A stretch of DNA of 63,902 nucleotides, counting the filler, from Octopus bimaculoides (lineage: Eukaryota), in assembly GCF_001194135.2 (NCBI RefSeq). It is 8 parts of 7 records of this genome, joined end to end, with 100 filler letters (N's around TTAATTAATTAA, not from the genome) between each part and the next. Parts side by side here need not be neighbours in the genome. Positions count along the whole stretch, not along the records: positions 1 to 9,111 come from NC_068984.1; positions 9,212 to 24,994 come from NC_068986.1; 6 more parts are not named here. One strand, given 5' to 3'. The position numbers and the translations under genes are program-made. Every line of letters begins with the position of its first letter. Position 1 is the first letter of the stretch. The notes below the pieces were generated by a model. It was given only the letters and a program-made list of their open reading frames with translations. It was not told the origin of the DNA and did not search any database. Positions 1-13,429 of the stretch are shown piece by piece.

Positions 1-261
1 TTTACAGGCTTTAAGTTCTGAGTTCGAAACGCGCCGGTGTAGAATTTTCCTTTTATTTTTCCAGGAGCAATTACAGTAAAGAAATTGACTCAATACTCCG
101 AAAGTCTCCACATAATCGTACGACTTGCCAGATTTCTCTGTCTTTTTGAACAGGAGTCCGCTGGAATGATTTGTAGTAAGGGAGAGATGGTCAATAAAAT
201 AAGATACTTGGATATTCTATGTATATTTTTGATAGATATTATTATAGACACATATCAGATA

Positions 262-470
262 GCGAGCTGGCAGAATCTTTAGTACGCCAAGCATAACGCT
301 TAGCGGCATTTCGTCCGTTTTACGTTCTGAGTTCAAATTCCGCTGAGGTCGACTTTGCTTTTCATCATTTCGGCATCGATAAAATAAGTATCACTTAAGC
401 ACCGAAATAATCGACTTACACCTTTTCCCGAATTTGCTGGCCTCGTGCCAAAATTTGAAAGCATTATTAT
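262..470 (+). mobile_element. tRNA-derived SINE, family A (GCGAGCTGGCAGAA head)
   Basis: A-box-like head, B-box GAGTTCAAATTCC and central GTCGACTTTGC-TTTCATC-TTTCGG-TCGATAAAATAAGTA block; about 9 copies recur in the window. Confidence 0.85.
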
Positions 471-914
471 AGACACACAGGCACTAATATACACACATAC
501 TTACAAACAGAATCCTACATATAGATACATGTGTGTCTTTCGTTCTTTCGTTCTTTCTTCGCGATCACGCTTAGTGTTAGCAAAAGGATTTGGTGAAGCA
601 TCGATGTGAATGCTTCTTTCAGCAAAGAAAGACAAAAATCAGCCTTGATTTTTTTTTCTATGTTCGTTGACAAAAGCAAAAGAACAAACTAAGCTGCAAA
701 ACAAAAGTTGTATATGATACATACTTTACCTGCTCATCTCTTGTGTATTTATATGATAGCATGGACTTAAGCGTTACACGATAGTAATGGCACTGGGAGA
801 TACAAAAGGCAATGTTTTCGGATAAATAGTTGGTAATTCTGAACCTAAGTTAGGTCAATAAATAAGGATTCTATCTAATAGTGGAAATTCCTATAATTCC
901 TGTTATATGATTAA

Positions 915-1720
915 AAAACATAATACATAGTTTATTTAAATGTCAAGTGAATAGAGTAATTGAGAGAAATAGAGAGGCTTGAGAGAGGAGGAGAAGAGAA
1001 AAAGAAAGTAGAAGAGGAGTAAAGGAAAATAGAAGAGATGAAAGAAATGAACCAGGGGGGGGGGCGAAATGGGGGACGAGAAGGGAAAAGAAATCAGTGA
1101 TTAGGGTTTTTTGATACAGGGTATCGAAATGTATGGGGAGTATGAGGATAATGAAGGCATGTAGTGTGAAGGCTGCGGGATAAATGCTGAGAATTCTGAC
1201 AGCTATTGGAATGGATCTCAGGTGTTTAGCCAGTCTGAACTTTAAACTGCATCTAGGACAGGAATATGATTAAAAGCTTGCTTCTTTAATTTCCTTCTGG
1301 GTGAATAAAAAGATATGGTTTCTTCTGTTTAGAACGTTGTCAGTTAGAATCAATATTTTAATCTAAATACACAAATACATTTGCTAATATATCTACATGT
1401 TTCTGCGGTGGATCTTAGGTTCCTTGGCAAATCAACTACCAAATAAATTTTGACACTGTAGGGAAATTTCGCTTATTCTTCTGCCTGAACGAATACGTGT
1501 GTTGTCTAAATCTGACATTGAATAAGTTTGTCGTATGACTGATATAAATTTATTTGCATTCTAGAACAGATTAAAAAATTACTATCTAATGAAAACTAGA
1601 ATTATTGCATTCACTGCTTAATCGATCCAAAACCTATTTAAGACTTAAGGATAATTTTGCCAATAATTCTAAATGAAGACCAATAAATTTGATGAAAATC
1701 TTGTTAGTTATAATTAGTTA
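915..1720 (-). mobile_element. Highly decayed Penelope-like GIY-YIG endonuclease remnant
   Basis: Minus strand around 1440-1570 reads LECK*IYISHTTNLFNVRFRQHTYSFRQKNKRNFPTVSKFIW*L, matching the C..C...YIG.T / F..R...H..SF / LSK.IW.L pattern of better-preserved copies at 39.9 and 58 kb. Confidence 0.55.
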
Positions 1721-2562
1721 TCACATGCAAAACTCCATATGTGCAAAAGTCACAATTGACACAAATTTAGCAAAATGAAAATTGTAACAGCGCAAGCGAA
1801 TATGACTTAAGGGCATCGATAATAAACTCAACTGTATATTTATTCCAGTCATGGGTAACCTGCTATGTGCTGAACATTTTGTGTGGTAGGCCTAGCAAAA
1901 AATTGCCTTGAAAATTACCTAGTAGAGCGGCCGTCTTGATGATGAACCGTGCCTAGTTTATTCAGTTGTTGAGTTTTTGCATTTGCATATCTTTGCATCA
2001 GCATTTCTTGATATCTTTTTTTCTTTTTTTTTGTAAGCTTTATCATCTGCTAAAATAATATCTGAAACTGATATTATAAGGAAACCCGTTGATTAAAAAA
2101 NNNNNNNNNNNNNNNNNNNNNNNNNNNNNNNNNNNNNNNNNNNNNNNNNNNNNNNNNNNNNNNNNNNNNNNNNNNNNNNNNNNNNNNNNNNNNNNNNNNN
2201 NNNNNNNNNNNNNNNNNNNNNNNNNNNNNNNNNNNNNNNNNNNNNNNNNNNNNNNNNNNNNNNNNNNNNNNNNNNNNNNNNNNNNNNNNNNNNNNNNNNN
2301 NNNNNNNNNNNNNNNNNNNNNNNNNNNNNNNNNNNNNNNNNNNNNNNNNNNNNNNNNNNNNNNNNNNNNNNNNNNNNNNNNNNNNNNNNNNNNNNNNNNN
2401 NNNNNNNNNNNNNNNNNNNNNNNNNNNNNNNNNNNNNNNNNNNNNNNNNNNNNNNNNNNNNNNNNNNNNNNNNNNNNNNNNNNNNNNNNNNNNNNNNNNN
2501 NNNNNNNNNNNNNNNNNNNNNNNNNNNNNNNNNNNNNNNNNNNNNNNNNNNNNNNNNNNNAT

Positions 2563-2625
<63 letters not shown>

Positions 2626-2638
2626 TGGGAGAATTTAC

Positions 2639-3600
2639 GAAAAAAACAACAGACGAAGACAGGTGGTTTAAACAACAAATAGATGTATAAGTTTAACGCT
2701 CGGGAATAGAGAAAGTCTTTGACGTTTCGAGCCTACTGAAAGGAACACAGAAAGAAATAAGGAGAGAAACAAGGAGAAACAAATATATAAATGTAGTGGT
2801 CAGCGATCTATCATGGCGAATGCCGGACAGAAGGATCACACAAGAGAGCTAAGAAAAAGGGGAGATAACAAAGAAGTGGTGAACCCAATATATATTGTTA
2901 TGTGGAATCATATTTAAACATAATTCAATATTAAACTGAAGCATCACTCAGAATCGATATTTATTAATTTTTACCAAGTTTAAAGGTTGACAGTGAGGTC
3001 AAATTTTTTGATTTACCGCCGATTTAGATACTTTGCCCAAACTGGGCAAAGTCATGAACTAGCAGAGTTTCATTCACTTTTATCAATCTGCAGAAGCTCC
3101 TATTTCAGGATCAATAATTTTAGCTCGAGTGTTGTTGAAGTTAGGAGGTTAAGGAGTTGTGCGATTTATAGGTTTGTTCAAGTTTTTAGGTAGAGGTTAT
3201 ATAGTTATGTTAGTTGTTGTTTGTTTATGAGAAAGATTATTAACTTCTATTATTTCTGTTGGTCAGAGCTGATTGCTTATTCTTCTACAAAGGTTGATTG
3301 CTTATTCTTCTATGGGTCATATGGGGGTTATGTTAGCAGGTATAGTTAGGGGAATTATTGTTGGTTGAGAAGAGATGATGTATGTTACTTTTCTTTCTGA
3401 ATATAACAAATGAACTAAAAAAAATGCTTAGTTTAGAAATTTCCTTTACCATGGACGTAGGACTTCGTTGTACCAGAAGAACTGCACTACTTTTCTGGTA
3501 AACTAATCCACCCAAAATTTTCATTCGTCTTTCAAACCATCAGAGCGTTCCTATTTTTTACGGCTTCATCCAATTCAGTAGTTGTTATTCTTGTGTCGGC
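2639..3600 (-). mobile_element. Decayed Penelope-like 3' region with terminal-repeat segment
   Basis: 2639-2900 resembles a Penelope-type terminal repeat (minus strand CGAAACGTC); 2990-3600 is multiply stopped with only faint coding signal. Confidence 0.35.
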
Positions 3601-3624
3601 AGATCACTTAGTAGTCCAGAAGTC

Positions 3625-3716
3625 TACCCTTGAGTAAGTATCTTCTACTATTACCTCAGGCCGACCAACGCCTTGTAAGTGGATTTGGTACACGGAAACT
3701 GAATGAAGCTTGTTGT
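3625..3716 (+). mobile_element. SINE family B internal fragment
   Basis: CCTTGAGTAAGTATCTTCTACTAT...GGATTTGGTACACGGAAACTGAA matches intact family B copies. Confidence 0.75.
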
Positions 3717-4302
3717 ATATATATATATATATATTGTTATCTCCCCCTTTTCTTAGCTCTCCTGTGTAGAATTTCTAACTTCCGGTCAGCCATTACTATG
3801 ATTGACCGTTGACTGAACACTATTCAATTNNNNNNNNNNNNNNNNNNNNNNNNNNNNNNNNNNNNNNNNNNNNNNNNNNNNNNNNNNNNNNNNNNNNNNN
3901 NNNNNNNNNNNNNNNNNNNNNNNNNNNNNNNNNNNNNNNNNNNNNNNNNNNNNNNNNNNNNNNNNNNNNNNNNNNNNNNNNNNNNNNNNNNNNNNNNNNN
4001 NNNNNNNNNNNNNNNNNNNNNNNNNNNNNNNNNNNNNNNNNNNNNNNNNNNNNNNNNNNNNNNNNNNNNNNNNNNNNNNNNNNNNNNNNNNNNNNNNNNN
4101 NNNNNNNNNNNNNNNNNNNNNNNNNNNNNNNNNNNNNNNNNNNNNNNNNNNNNNNNNNNNNNNNNNNNNNNNNNNNNNNNNNNNNNNNNNNNNNNNNNNN
4201 NNNNNNNNNNNNNNNNNNNNNNNNNNNNNNNNNNNNNNNNNNNNNNNNNNNNNNNNNNNNNNNNNNNNNNNNNNNNNNNNNNNNNNNNNNNNNNNNNNNN
4301 NT

Positions 4303-4334
<32 letters not shown>

Positions 4335-4389
4335 TTATATATGTATGTATGTATATATAGTGTGTGTGTGAGGGGATGGGGTCTCTTTC

Positions 4390-4600
4390 TGTCTGCTTGT
4401 CCCTACCTCTTGACAACCGGAAATGGTGTATTTATGTCTCAGTTGCTTAGCGGTTCGACAAAAGGGGTCGATAAAATAAGTACCAGGTTTATAATATAAA
4501 AGTAATGGGATCGATTCATTCGACTAAAACTCTTCGAGACGGTGCCCTAGTATGGCCGCAGTCAAATAACAGAAAAAAGTAAAAGATAAAAGATAAATAT
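4390..4600 (+). mobile_element. SINE family B-type 3' half
   Basis: CTTGACAACCGG...CTTAGCGGTTCGAC...ATGGCCGCAGTCAAAT and TAAAAGA tail. Confidence 0.75.
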
Positions 4601-5963
4601 TTCAGTTACGTAAGCCCTTGCGCTTGAGAGATGGAACTAAAAAACTAGTTTGTTGTTAATTAATAAAAGTCGGTTTATTGAATAGACAAAGTTTTCAATA
4701 ATTTGAGATTAGTGAGAAAATTCATGCAAGTAAATGAAGGTCCTTGATAGTGAAACAAATTGAATCCATTGACTAAATTTGAGAAGGAAGGCCAATTCCC
4801 AATGATCTTTGCAAGAGCCCCTTCCCTGACTAGGGATGGATAAGACAGAAGAAACCATGATTCATGTTTTATCTTCAAATTTGGGACTTGGTTTGAATAC
4901 TTGCAAAAGTGTAGACTCAACTGAAGTCTACAAAGGGCCATGTGGTGATGCTAAATTGAGCGACGGATTTCATCTACTATGACTATTAAAGGGTTAAATA
5001 AAGAGGGATTTTGGAGAGAATTAGAAGTATTTGTTCTCTGGTGCCAAGATTACTTACTTCTGTGAATATTCAAATATGGCTGGGTTGCAATCTTTAATAA
5101 TACACAAGTAAATCTTTGTGTTAGAATTTTCAGCGTGAATCTAAGGTTCAGTGAGGAATGTTAGCTTTTAGAAAGAGAGAGAGAGGGGTTGTGGTGGTGG
5201 TGGTGGGGGTGGGGGGATGATATATAGCACTGTTTAGTACAATGATTGCTGAGGAAAGTGATACATCAGGCGATTTGGTAAATGATTTGGTGCGGAAGAA
5301 AGTAATGTTTTGAATAGCGCTACCATGAACTGATTAAGTTCACGGGAGCAGAAATGGTTGAGGGAAAAGTAGGAAAAAAGTAAAAGGAAGACACGATCTG
5401 ACATTGGGTGGAGGTCTGGAGGTTATCTGAAAAGGAAATGTCGCAAGTGAAAACAACTACAAGCATAAAGTTTCACAAATGTCTATTTCTATAGAAATTG
5501 TAAATTATAAGATATAACGTGACTTGTCATATGCGTTTGTGGTCAAAGTATAAAACAGTTGGCAATTGAAATTTAAAATAGTCTTTATTGTTTGAGAATA
5601 CCAGAAGAATTACATTGGGAGAAGGGTCCCGTGTATGTACCCTGTAAAATAGTGGCAACGTATTACTGAAATTTAGGAGGCGTGACGACCTAAAAACCAC
5701 ATCACATAATATCAAGGAAGATACATTAATAACATATGACGGACCCTCGCTGTCTTCTTTTCCCTGCTCTACCAACCCCGCCCACCCGTCCAATCTTCGA
5801 CACTCTTATTTCGGGTAGTGAAAGCTAAAAATATAAAATAATAAAGAGGAAGATGAAATAGAAGAATGATAAAATCACAGCAACCACCATCACCACCACT
5901 ATTAACAACAACCACAAACAACGAAAGAGTTAATGGTGGGGTGATATATATATATATATATAC

Positions 5964-6049
<86 letters not shown>

Positions 6050-6754
6050 ATANNNNNNNNNNNNNNNNNNNNNNNNNNNNNNNNNNNNNNNNNNNNNNNN
6101 NNNNNNNNNNNNNNNNNNNNNNNNNNNNNNNNNNNNNNNNNNNNNNNNNNNNNNNNNNNNNNNNNNNNNNNNNNNNNNNNNNNNNNNNNNNNNNNNNNNN
6201 NNNNNNNNNNNNNNNNNNNNNNNNNNNNNNNNNNNNNNNNNNNNNNNNNNNNNNNNNNNNNNNNNNNNNNNNNNNNNNNNNNNNNNNNNNNNNNNNNNNN
6301 NNNNNNNNNNNNNNNNNNNNNNNNNNNNNNNNNNNNNNNNNNNNNNNNNNNNNNNNNNNNNNNNNNNNNNNNNNNNNNNNNNNNNNNNNNNNNNNNNNNN
6401 NNNNNNNNNNNNNNNNNNNNNNNNNNNNNNNNNNNNNNNNNNNNNNNNNNNNNNNNNNNNNNNNNNNNNNNNNNNNNNNNNNNNNNNNNNNNNNNNNNNN
6501 NNNNNNNNNNNNNNNNNNNNNNNNNNNNNNNNNNNNNNNNNNNNNNNNNNNNNNNNNNNNNNNNNNNNNNNNNNNNNNNNNNNNNNNNNNNNNNNNNNNN
6601 NNNNNNNNNNNNNNNNNNNNNNNNNNNNNNNNNNNNNNNNNNNNNNNNNNNNNNNNNNNNNNNNNNNNNNNNNNNNNNNNNNNNNNNNNNNNNNNNNNNN
6701 NNNNNNNNNNNNNNNNNNNNNNNNNNNNNNNNNNNNNNNNNNNNNNNNNNNNNN

Positions 6755-6756
<2 letters not shown>

Positions 6757-6789
<33 letters not shown>

Positions 6790-6833
6790 GTTGTTGTTGT
6801 TGTTCTTGTTCTTCTTCTTGTTCTTGTTCTTGT

Positions 6834-6908
<75 letters not shown>

Positions 6909-6911
6909 CAT
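6757..6911. repeat. Compound trinucleotide microsatellite (TTA/TTG/TTC)
   Basis: Directly visible. Confidence 0.95.
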
Positions 6912-8054
6912 GCTTAGTTTTTAGTCATCAAAATGGATTAAACTGCACCATAAATTAAAGAATACAGAATAAAAGAGTGAGAGGCAAAGCGAAATGTCAA
7001 AGAGAGCTGCTGCCCCTTTCGTTAATCGGAAACTTGGTTAGGTGTTTTGTTACGCGCATTGGAGAACAGAGGTCATTAACTAGGTCTAAGATTCCCAAGA
7101 ATGTCTGTCCAAAATAGGTTTTTTATCGCATTGCATTTACAGATAAAGTCAGTTTTAGTGAAACAAAAACAGCTGTATTCTGTCCTCTGTAATTTAGCAG
7201 GGTGAGTGGGCCGTTTCAATTAAATATCTGAAGACCTAATAAATTATTCGGTCTTAAAAATAGTCTTTAATACGTTTTGTATAGAATGAGTCATTCACTT
7301 CCTAAGCCTTCTTTCTTCCTTTTTTTGTTGTTGTTAATATATAATCTTGCTCGAGACGGAAGTCAGAGCTCGGGCCTTTTACATTATACCCCAAAATGGT
7401 GAGGGATAGTGATTGTTTGTTAAGATTAGATCGATGAGTTTTTAGATTCAAATACATTTACTTCTGCAAATCAGCAAATAGTTTATTATGCTATCCGTAT
7501 GTACTTCAGACCGGAGATTTAAATTTCGCTTTGAAAGTGACTCGAATGCCTGGCATTGATAAGCTGCAAATACGGTGAAATATGTTTCTGCCGCTTTCAT
7601 GATCACTTCTAGGGCGATTTCACTTCGTCTCGCTCTGAAGGATATTCTGTTTTGCTTTCTGCTTATTTAAAAAAAAAAAAAAACGCAAAACGTACTATTG
7701 TTATAAATATGGATTTCTGACTTAGATAAAAGCTCTGTACGATTAATTTAATCGATTTAATTAACCTCTTATTGTTATTCATTTTGAATTTGCTTAAATG
7801 TTGGAAAGCAATTCGACTCCTGTCGAATTTGGACGCAGAACCTAATGAGACGCAAGTAAATACTGCAAAGAATTTTCGTCCGGGAGTACTCTACCGATTC
7901 CGATATCTACATCCATTGTTGTTCTTAATGAATTTTAAAATAATGCTTTTAATTGACAGAGCGATTATAAAATTATTCTTCCGTTTGTTGATGAACTTTT
8001 CTTAGTATTAAAGCCTTAGACTATTTTTTTTTTTTTTTTTTGTAATCTACTTTC

Positions 8055-8170
8055 GGTGAGCTGACAGAATCGGTGGCATGCCGGACAAAATTCTCAGCAA
8101 CATATCTCCCGGCTTTACGTTCTGAGTTCAAATTCCACTCAGGATGACTCTGCCGTTCATCCGTTTCCAG
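8055..8170 (+). mobile_element. SINE family A, 5' part
   Basis: GGTGAGCTGACAGAATCG...TACGTTCTGAGTTCAAATTCC. Confidence 0.75.
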
Positions 8171-8399
8171 GCGAAAAGCCGCAGCTTCTGGTCTTTAAGA
8201 GATACACGTACGTAAACTTTGTGATTTTGGTAATGTTTACATTATAGAGCTGCATCTATTGTACAATTTAAATTTACATTAGTGGTCAGTTTTTTAAACT
8301 GAAAGGCCAAAAGTGAAGACGAAATCTTTATAGCCTAGTTTAGACATATATTATGATGGGAAAAGGGGAGAGATAGAGACCGAAGTGGAATCCAAGTAG

Positions 8400-8545
8400 T
8401 TGAACAAATCGACCCCAGGACTTATTCTTTGTAAGCCTACTACTAATTCTGTCGGTATCTGTACTCGAGCCGCTAAGTTACGGGGACGTAGATACACCAA
8501 CATCGGTTGTCAAGCGATAGTGGGGGAGGTACAAACACAGACACA
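8400..8545 (-). mobile_element. SINE family B 3' half
   Basis: Reverse complement of the CGCTTGACAACCGATG...AATAAGTCCTGGGGTCGATTTG block. Confidence 0.8.
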
Positions 8546-8843
8546 CAAATACATGCATACGGGCTCCTTTCAGTTTCCGTGTTCGTGCTTGTACCTGTCC
8601 CTCATGTGTATGTGTGCGTGTATTAGTGTTCGTATTTTTGCCTGTCTTCCACCACCGCTTACCAAGCAGTGCTGATTTCTTTACGCCCAAGTAACATAGC
8701 TGTTCGACAAAAAGAAAAAAGAAGGACCGATACGCTTTACGAAATAAAAGTAAAGATCGAGTTTTTCAACTAAACCCTTCAAGACGGTATCCCCGACATG
8801 GCTGCATTCCAATAACTAAAACAAAAAAAAAAAGTAAAGATAA

Positions 8844-9111
8844 CAGGCGTAGGAGTGGCTGTGTGGTAAGTAGCTTGCTTACCAACCACATTGTCCCAGG
8901 TTCAGTCCCACTGCGTGGCACCTTGGGCAAGTGTCTTCTACTATAGCCTCGGGCCGACCAAAGCCTTGTGAGCGGATTTGGTAGACGGAAACTGAAAGAA
9001 GCCTGTCGTATATATGTATATATATATATGTATGTGTGTATGTGTTTGTATGTCTGTGTTTGTCCTCCCAACATCGCTTGACAACCGATGCTGGTGTGTT
9101 TATGTCCCCCG
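8844..9111 (+). mobile_element. SINE family B (GGCGTAGGAGTGGCTGTGTGG head), runs into a gap
   Basis: tRNA-like head with B-box GGTTCAGTCCC, CCTTGGGCAAGTG core and internal (TA)/(TG) slot. Confidence 0.9.
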
Positions 9112-9211
9112 NNNNNNNNNNNNNNNNNNNNNNNNNNNNNNNNNNNNNNNNNNNNTTAATTAATTAANNNNNNNNNNNNNNNNNNNNNNNNNNNNNNNNN
9201 NNNNNNNNNNN

Positions 9212-9362
9212 ACCTTCGTTCCTTAGAGCACGCATCCTAGCCCTGACAACGCACCCTTCATGATTGGCGTTGAAGTGTTGGTCTAGGGCCAACCTCGCTG
9301 CCAAAACGTTGGATGCGATGCCACTTCTAATTGCCTCTTCTAGTTTCTTAACTAGCTCACAT
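9212..9362 (-). mobile_element. Tx1/L1-clade LINE ORF2 fragment
   Basis: ELVKKLEEAIRSGIASNVLAARLALDQHFNANHEGCVVRARMRALRNEG is homologous to the 41.5-43.1 kb element (QLVKDLQEALRLGLASHILAARTALDHYLKAKHEGC). Confidence 0.8.
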
Positions 9363-9436
9363 TCTAAGATAGATAGATAGATGGATAGATGGATAGACAG
9401 ACAGACAGACAGACAGATAGACAGATATATATATAT

Positions 9437-9508
<72 letters not shown>

Positions 9509-11573
9509 GCAGACAGACAGACAGACAGACATATTGTAGTCGTGCGTTTTGAGAAACACAAACAGTTTTAGTATCACTATAATTCACTACTTCAACAACA
9601 AAGCTTGTTGGATTGCTCATAGATACATATCAAAACTTGATACCACATATCTTTCTATAAATGACTAATCATAATACACAAGCGACTGACTAGTAAACGA
9701 TAGAACGCTAAATTAAATGACAGATAACGGCATATAACTGATATGGTGCAGAATATTAATTATATCACCGTGCCATGTTAGTTAACTTGAGTTTGGATGT
9801 CAACTTTAAGCATTACTGATTATTAAACCATGATCCATGAGGACTGTTTTCCACCGATATATGAGTTATCTCATTTGGACAGAACTAACTGAAATTCTGT
9901 TGAGTTTTAGAAAGATTACAACATACTATCCTACTGTCCTGTTAGTCTTTACGATTTACTGAGAACATCTGTTAGTGGAATGTAATGAAATTAGAAGATA
10001 CTTTAATTCAGTTCCTACATATTTTATGAATATTTTAGACTAATACCCTAATACCCGCCTGCGTACAGAGACAGTTAAATCTGAGCATAATTTCTCGCTC
10101 TGCGCCCTAATTGATTGTTCAAATGACGTAGGTAGCAGTAAAAAAACCTAACTGAATATACATATGTGTGTGGGTATACATATATGTGTTTCTGTGTATA
10201 TATATATGCATTGACCGTGTTTCTATATATGTACACTTCCGAACATCTGCTACCTCATACGATCATATATATATATATATANNNNNNNNNNNNNNNNNNN
10301 NNNNNNNNNNNNNNNNNNNNNNNNNNNNNNNNNNNNNNNNNNNNNNNNNNNNNNNNNNNNNNNNNNNNNNNNNNNNNNNNNNNNNNNNNNNNNNNNNNNN
10401 NNNNNNNNNNNNNNNNNNNNNNNNNNNNNNNNNNNNNNNNNNNNNNNNNNNNNNNNNNNNNNNNNNNNNNNNNNNNNNNNNNNNNNNNNNNNNNNNNNNN
10501 NNNNNNNNNNNNNNNNNNNNNNNNNNNNNNNNNNNNNNNNNNNNNNNNNNNNNNNNNNNNNNNNNNNNNNNNNNNNNNNNNNNNNNNNNNNNNNNNNNNN
10601 NNNNNNNNNNNNNNNNNNNNNNNNNNNNNNNNNNNNNNNNNNNNNNNNNNNNNNNNNNNNNNNNNNNNNNNNNNNNNNNNNNNNNNNNNNNNNNNNNNNN
10701 NNNNNNNNNNNNNNNNNNNNNNNNNNNNNNNNNNNNNNNNNNNNNNNNNNNNNNNNNNNNNNNNNNNNNNNNCTTTCATTCGTTTATACGGTTCACCCTT
10801 AAACTGCGCCATGCTGGAGCACCGCCCGTGACTTGTATATCCGAAATGTAAAATAATCTTTTGTAAATTATCATGTCTATTTTCTTTTATCATTCTCTCT
10901 TCTCAAATTGTTTTACTTCTCATTCGTTCCGTCTCTCTTACTTATTCTACTAAACTCACTTTTCTTTACTCTGAAGCAACACATATTTTCTCTCAACTTT
11001 GATGTTTTCGTTAACCGAACCTTAGAAATTGGCGAAAGACTCCGCAGAAGGAGAAAGGCATTTTTTCCACAATTACACACACACACACACATACACTATT
11101 GCGAAAAAATGCTCGTCTCTTTCTGAAGAAAGTAGTATATATGTATATTAATTTTCAAATAAAATTTTGAGGTGATTAATCTAAGAGTGTGTGCAGAAAA
11201 AAACATATATATAAAGATGTTCCACTTAAGAGAAGTTATAAGTAGAAGCGATACATATATTTCTTCTACACAATGTTTATTCAATGTTATTTTCCTATCG
11301 TAACATATACAGGATATTTTGTTTGTTTCGAAAGGATGTATTTGGAAACCTAATGAAGCAATTGAACTGAGGAAACCAAACTCAGTACAAGGTATAAAAT
11401 TACTCTTTTTCCAAATGAAATTGCCCTGATTTTCGGAAAATTAATTGCATTAGATAAGTTGGTCCAAAAAATAATTCCGACCTGTAAACGTATACTAGAT
11501 GGAAAATACACGAAATCCTAAATATTGTGAGAATATTCGAACAGTGAATTTTACTTTATAAACGTAATAATAT

Positions 11574-11964
11574 TGTTGTTGTTGTTGGCACTCCGTCGCT
11601 AGCGATGTCGAGGGTTCCAGTTGATCCGATCAACGGAACAGCCTGCTTGTGAAATTAACGTGCAAGTGGCTGAGCACTCCACAGACACGTGTACCCTTAA
11701 CGTAGTTCTCGGGGATATTCAGCGTGGCACAGTGTGACAAGGCTGACCCTTTGAATTACAGGCACAACAGAAACAGGAAGTATGAGTGAGAGGAAGTTGT
11801 AGTGAAAGAGTACAGCAGGGTTCGCCACCATCCCCTGCCGGAGCCTCACGGAGCTTTAGGTGTTTTCGCTCAATAAACACTCACAACGCCCGGTCTGGAA
11901 ATCGAAACCGCGATCCTATGACCGCGAGTCCGCTGCCCTGACCACTGGGCCATTGCGCCTCCAC
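11574..11964 (-). mobile_element. SINE family C, full length
   Basis: Minus-strand head GGCGCAATGGCCCAGTGG (A box)...GGTTTCGATT (B box) and (CAA)n tail; near-identical copies at 23.8 and 26.7 kb. Confidence 0.9.
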
Positions 11965-12154
11965 CAAACGTAATAATAATAGTTTAAAATCAACATGTTA
12001 TGTAACAGTATGCGTCAGAAAAGAATTTGTTTGTTGAATTCTTTAAACAAGAACAACGATACTTGTTTAGTTTCAGATATCCGAGGGTAGCTTTGACTGA
12101 TAAAAATACAACCATGTCGAAACAGTGGAGTCGATAAGTCCTCCTAAGTCACTG

Positions 12155-12547
12155 AGTAGCATGTGAGTGGTTGTGTGGTTACTCGCTTGCTTACCAAACA
12201 CATAGTTCCGGGTTCAGTCTCACTGCACGGCACCTTGGGCAAGTGCCTTCTACTATAGCCTCGGGCCGACCATTGCCTTGTGAGTGGATTTGGTAGACGG
12301 AAACTGAAAGAATCCCGTCGTATATATGTATATATATATGTGTGTGTGTGTTTGTCCCCCACCATCGCAGATGTTGGTGTGTTTACGTCCCTGTAACTTA
12401 GCGGTTCGGCAAAATGAGACCGATAGAATAACTACTAGGCTTAGAAAGAATAAGTCCTGGGGTCGATTTGATCGACGAAAAAGACGGTGCTCCAGCATGG
12501 CTACAGGCAAATGACTGAAACAAATAGAAGAAAAGAATAAAAGAATA
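12155..12547 (+). mobile_element. SINE family B, full length
   Basis: Head, core, internal microsatellite and AAAAGAAT tail. Confidence 0.9.
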
Positions 12548-12965
12548 TTGCATACAATCTGTTAATTCCAAATGTATAACTGTAAAAAACGAACTCAAAA
12601 AAATGACTTATTTGTTCCATTTCCACATAAGGATTCCTCCAATTCTTTCATTTTCTAATTCTGCTTTCGTTCCTCCCAAGTGAGTATCTAGTATATTTCT
12701 CTCGCTCCTCCTCTCTCTATCGCTATCTCTCTCTCTCACTCACTCACTCTATTTTGTTCCCCCTCTCTCTTTCCTTCTCTCTCTTTCTTTCTCTGCTTCT
12801 GAAGCAATACATGCGCCCGAAAAGCTAGGCCTCTCTTCTTGAAGGCATATGATATTTTCAAACGATTACAACAGTGTGAAATTCTCTTCAATTTTTGCTT
12901 AAACGGAGAAATATATTTAAACATATTATTCACCGAATTTCACACCTCTAAATGCTCCTTTTTAA

Positions 12966-13248
12966 ATGGTAACAAAACATAGTAAAAGCAACTTTTTGTT
13001 TAAAGGCAGCTCTCACGTTGTCAACAGAAAAGCAGAAAACCGTATTTGTTGAAGATGTGAGACACACTTCAAGTGCAAAGCTAAGATTGAGGCTTGTTTC
13101 GATGTTATTCAAAAGAATCTTGATAACCATTCGCATCCGCCAAATCTCAGCTACATTCTTGTTTTAGAATCAGTTGAAAATGTAAAGCAACACATAACGC
13201 AATCAGATGAAGCGACACATTTCTATTTAACATTTGTATAGGCGACTA
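12966..13248 (+). pseudogene. FLYWCH zinc-finger N-terminus of a MULE/Mutator-like transposase, decayed
   Basis: MVTKHSKSNFLFKGSSHVVNRKAENRIC*RCETHFKCKAKIEACFDVIQKNLDNHSHPP fits L.Y.GY.Y...R....YWRC....CKA.I.......HNHPP, with the W codon turned to a stop. Confidence 0.6.
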
Positions 13249-13429
13249 CCTTTAAGTGTATACGGTGCATTACCACATAAAGACACACTATGACGTAATG
13301 AGAACTTAAAACCCATGAAAAGTGATAATTATTTTTTATCGTTAGTAAAATAAAGATGCTTAATACAGTTTCATATATGCTTCATAAAATACTGCTACAT
13401 ACATTTCTTGCCAATATTACGTAAACTTA

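Noticed and set aside
4880-5170. Faint Penelope-like peptide (TREQILLILSK)
   Set aside because: Too degraded to support a call.
7143-7207. 59-nt possible exon ending GG|GTGAGT
   Set aside because: Too short and uninformative; such site pairs are expected by chance.
11880-11964. tRNA-like sequences with A and B boxes
   Set aside because: They are SINE heads followed by SINE bodies; no complete cloverleaf.
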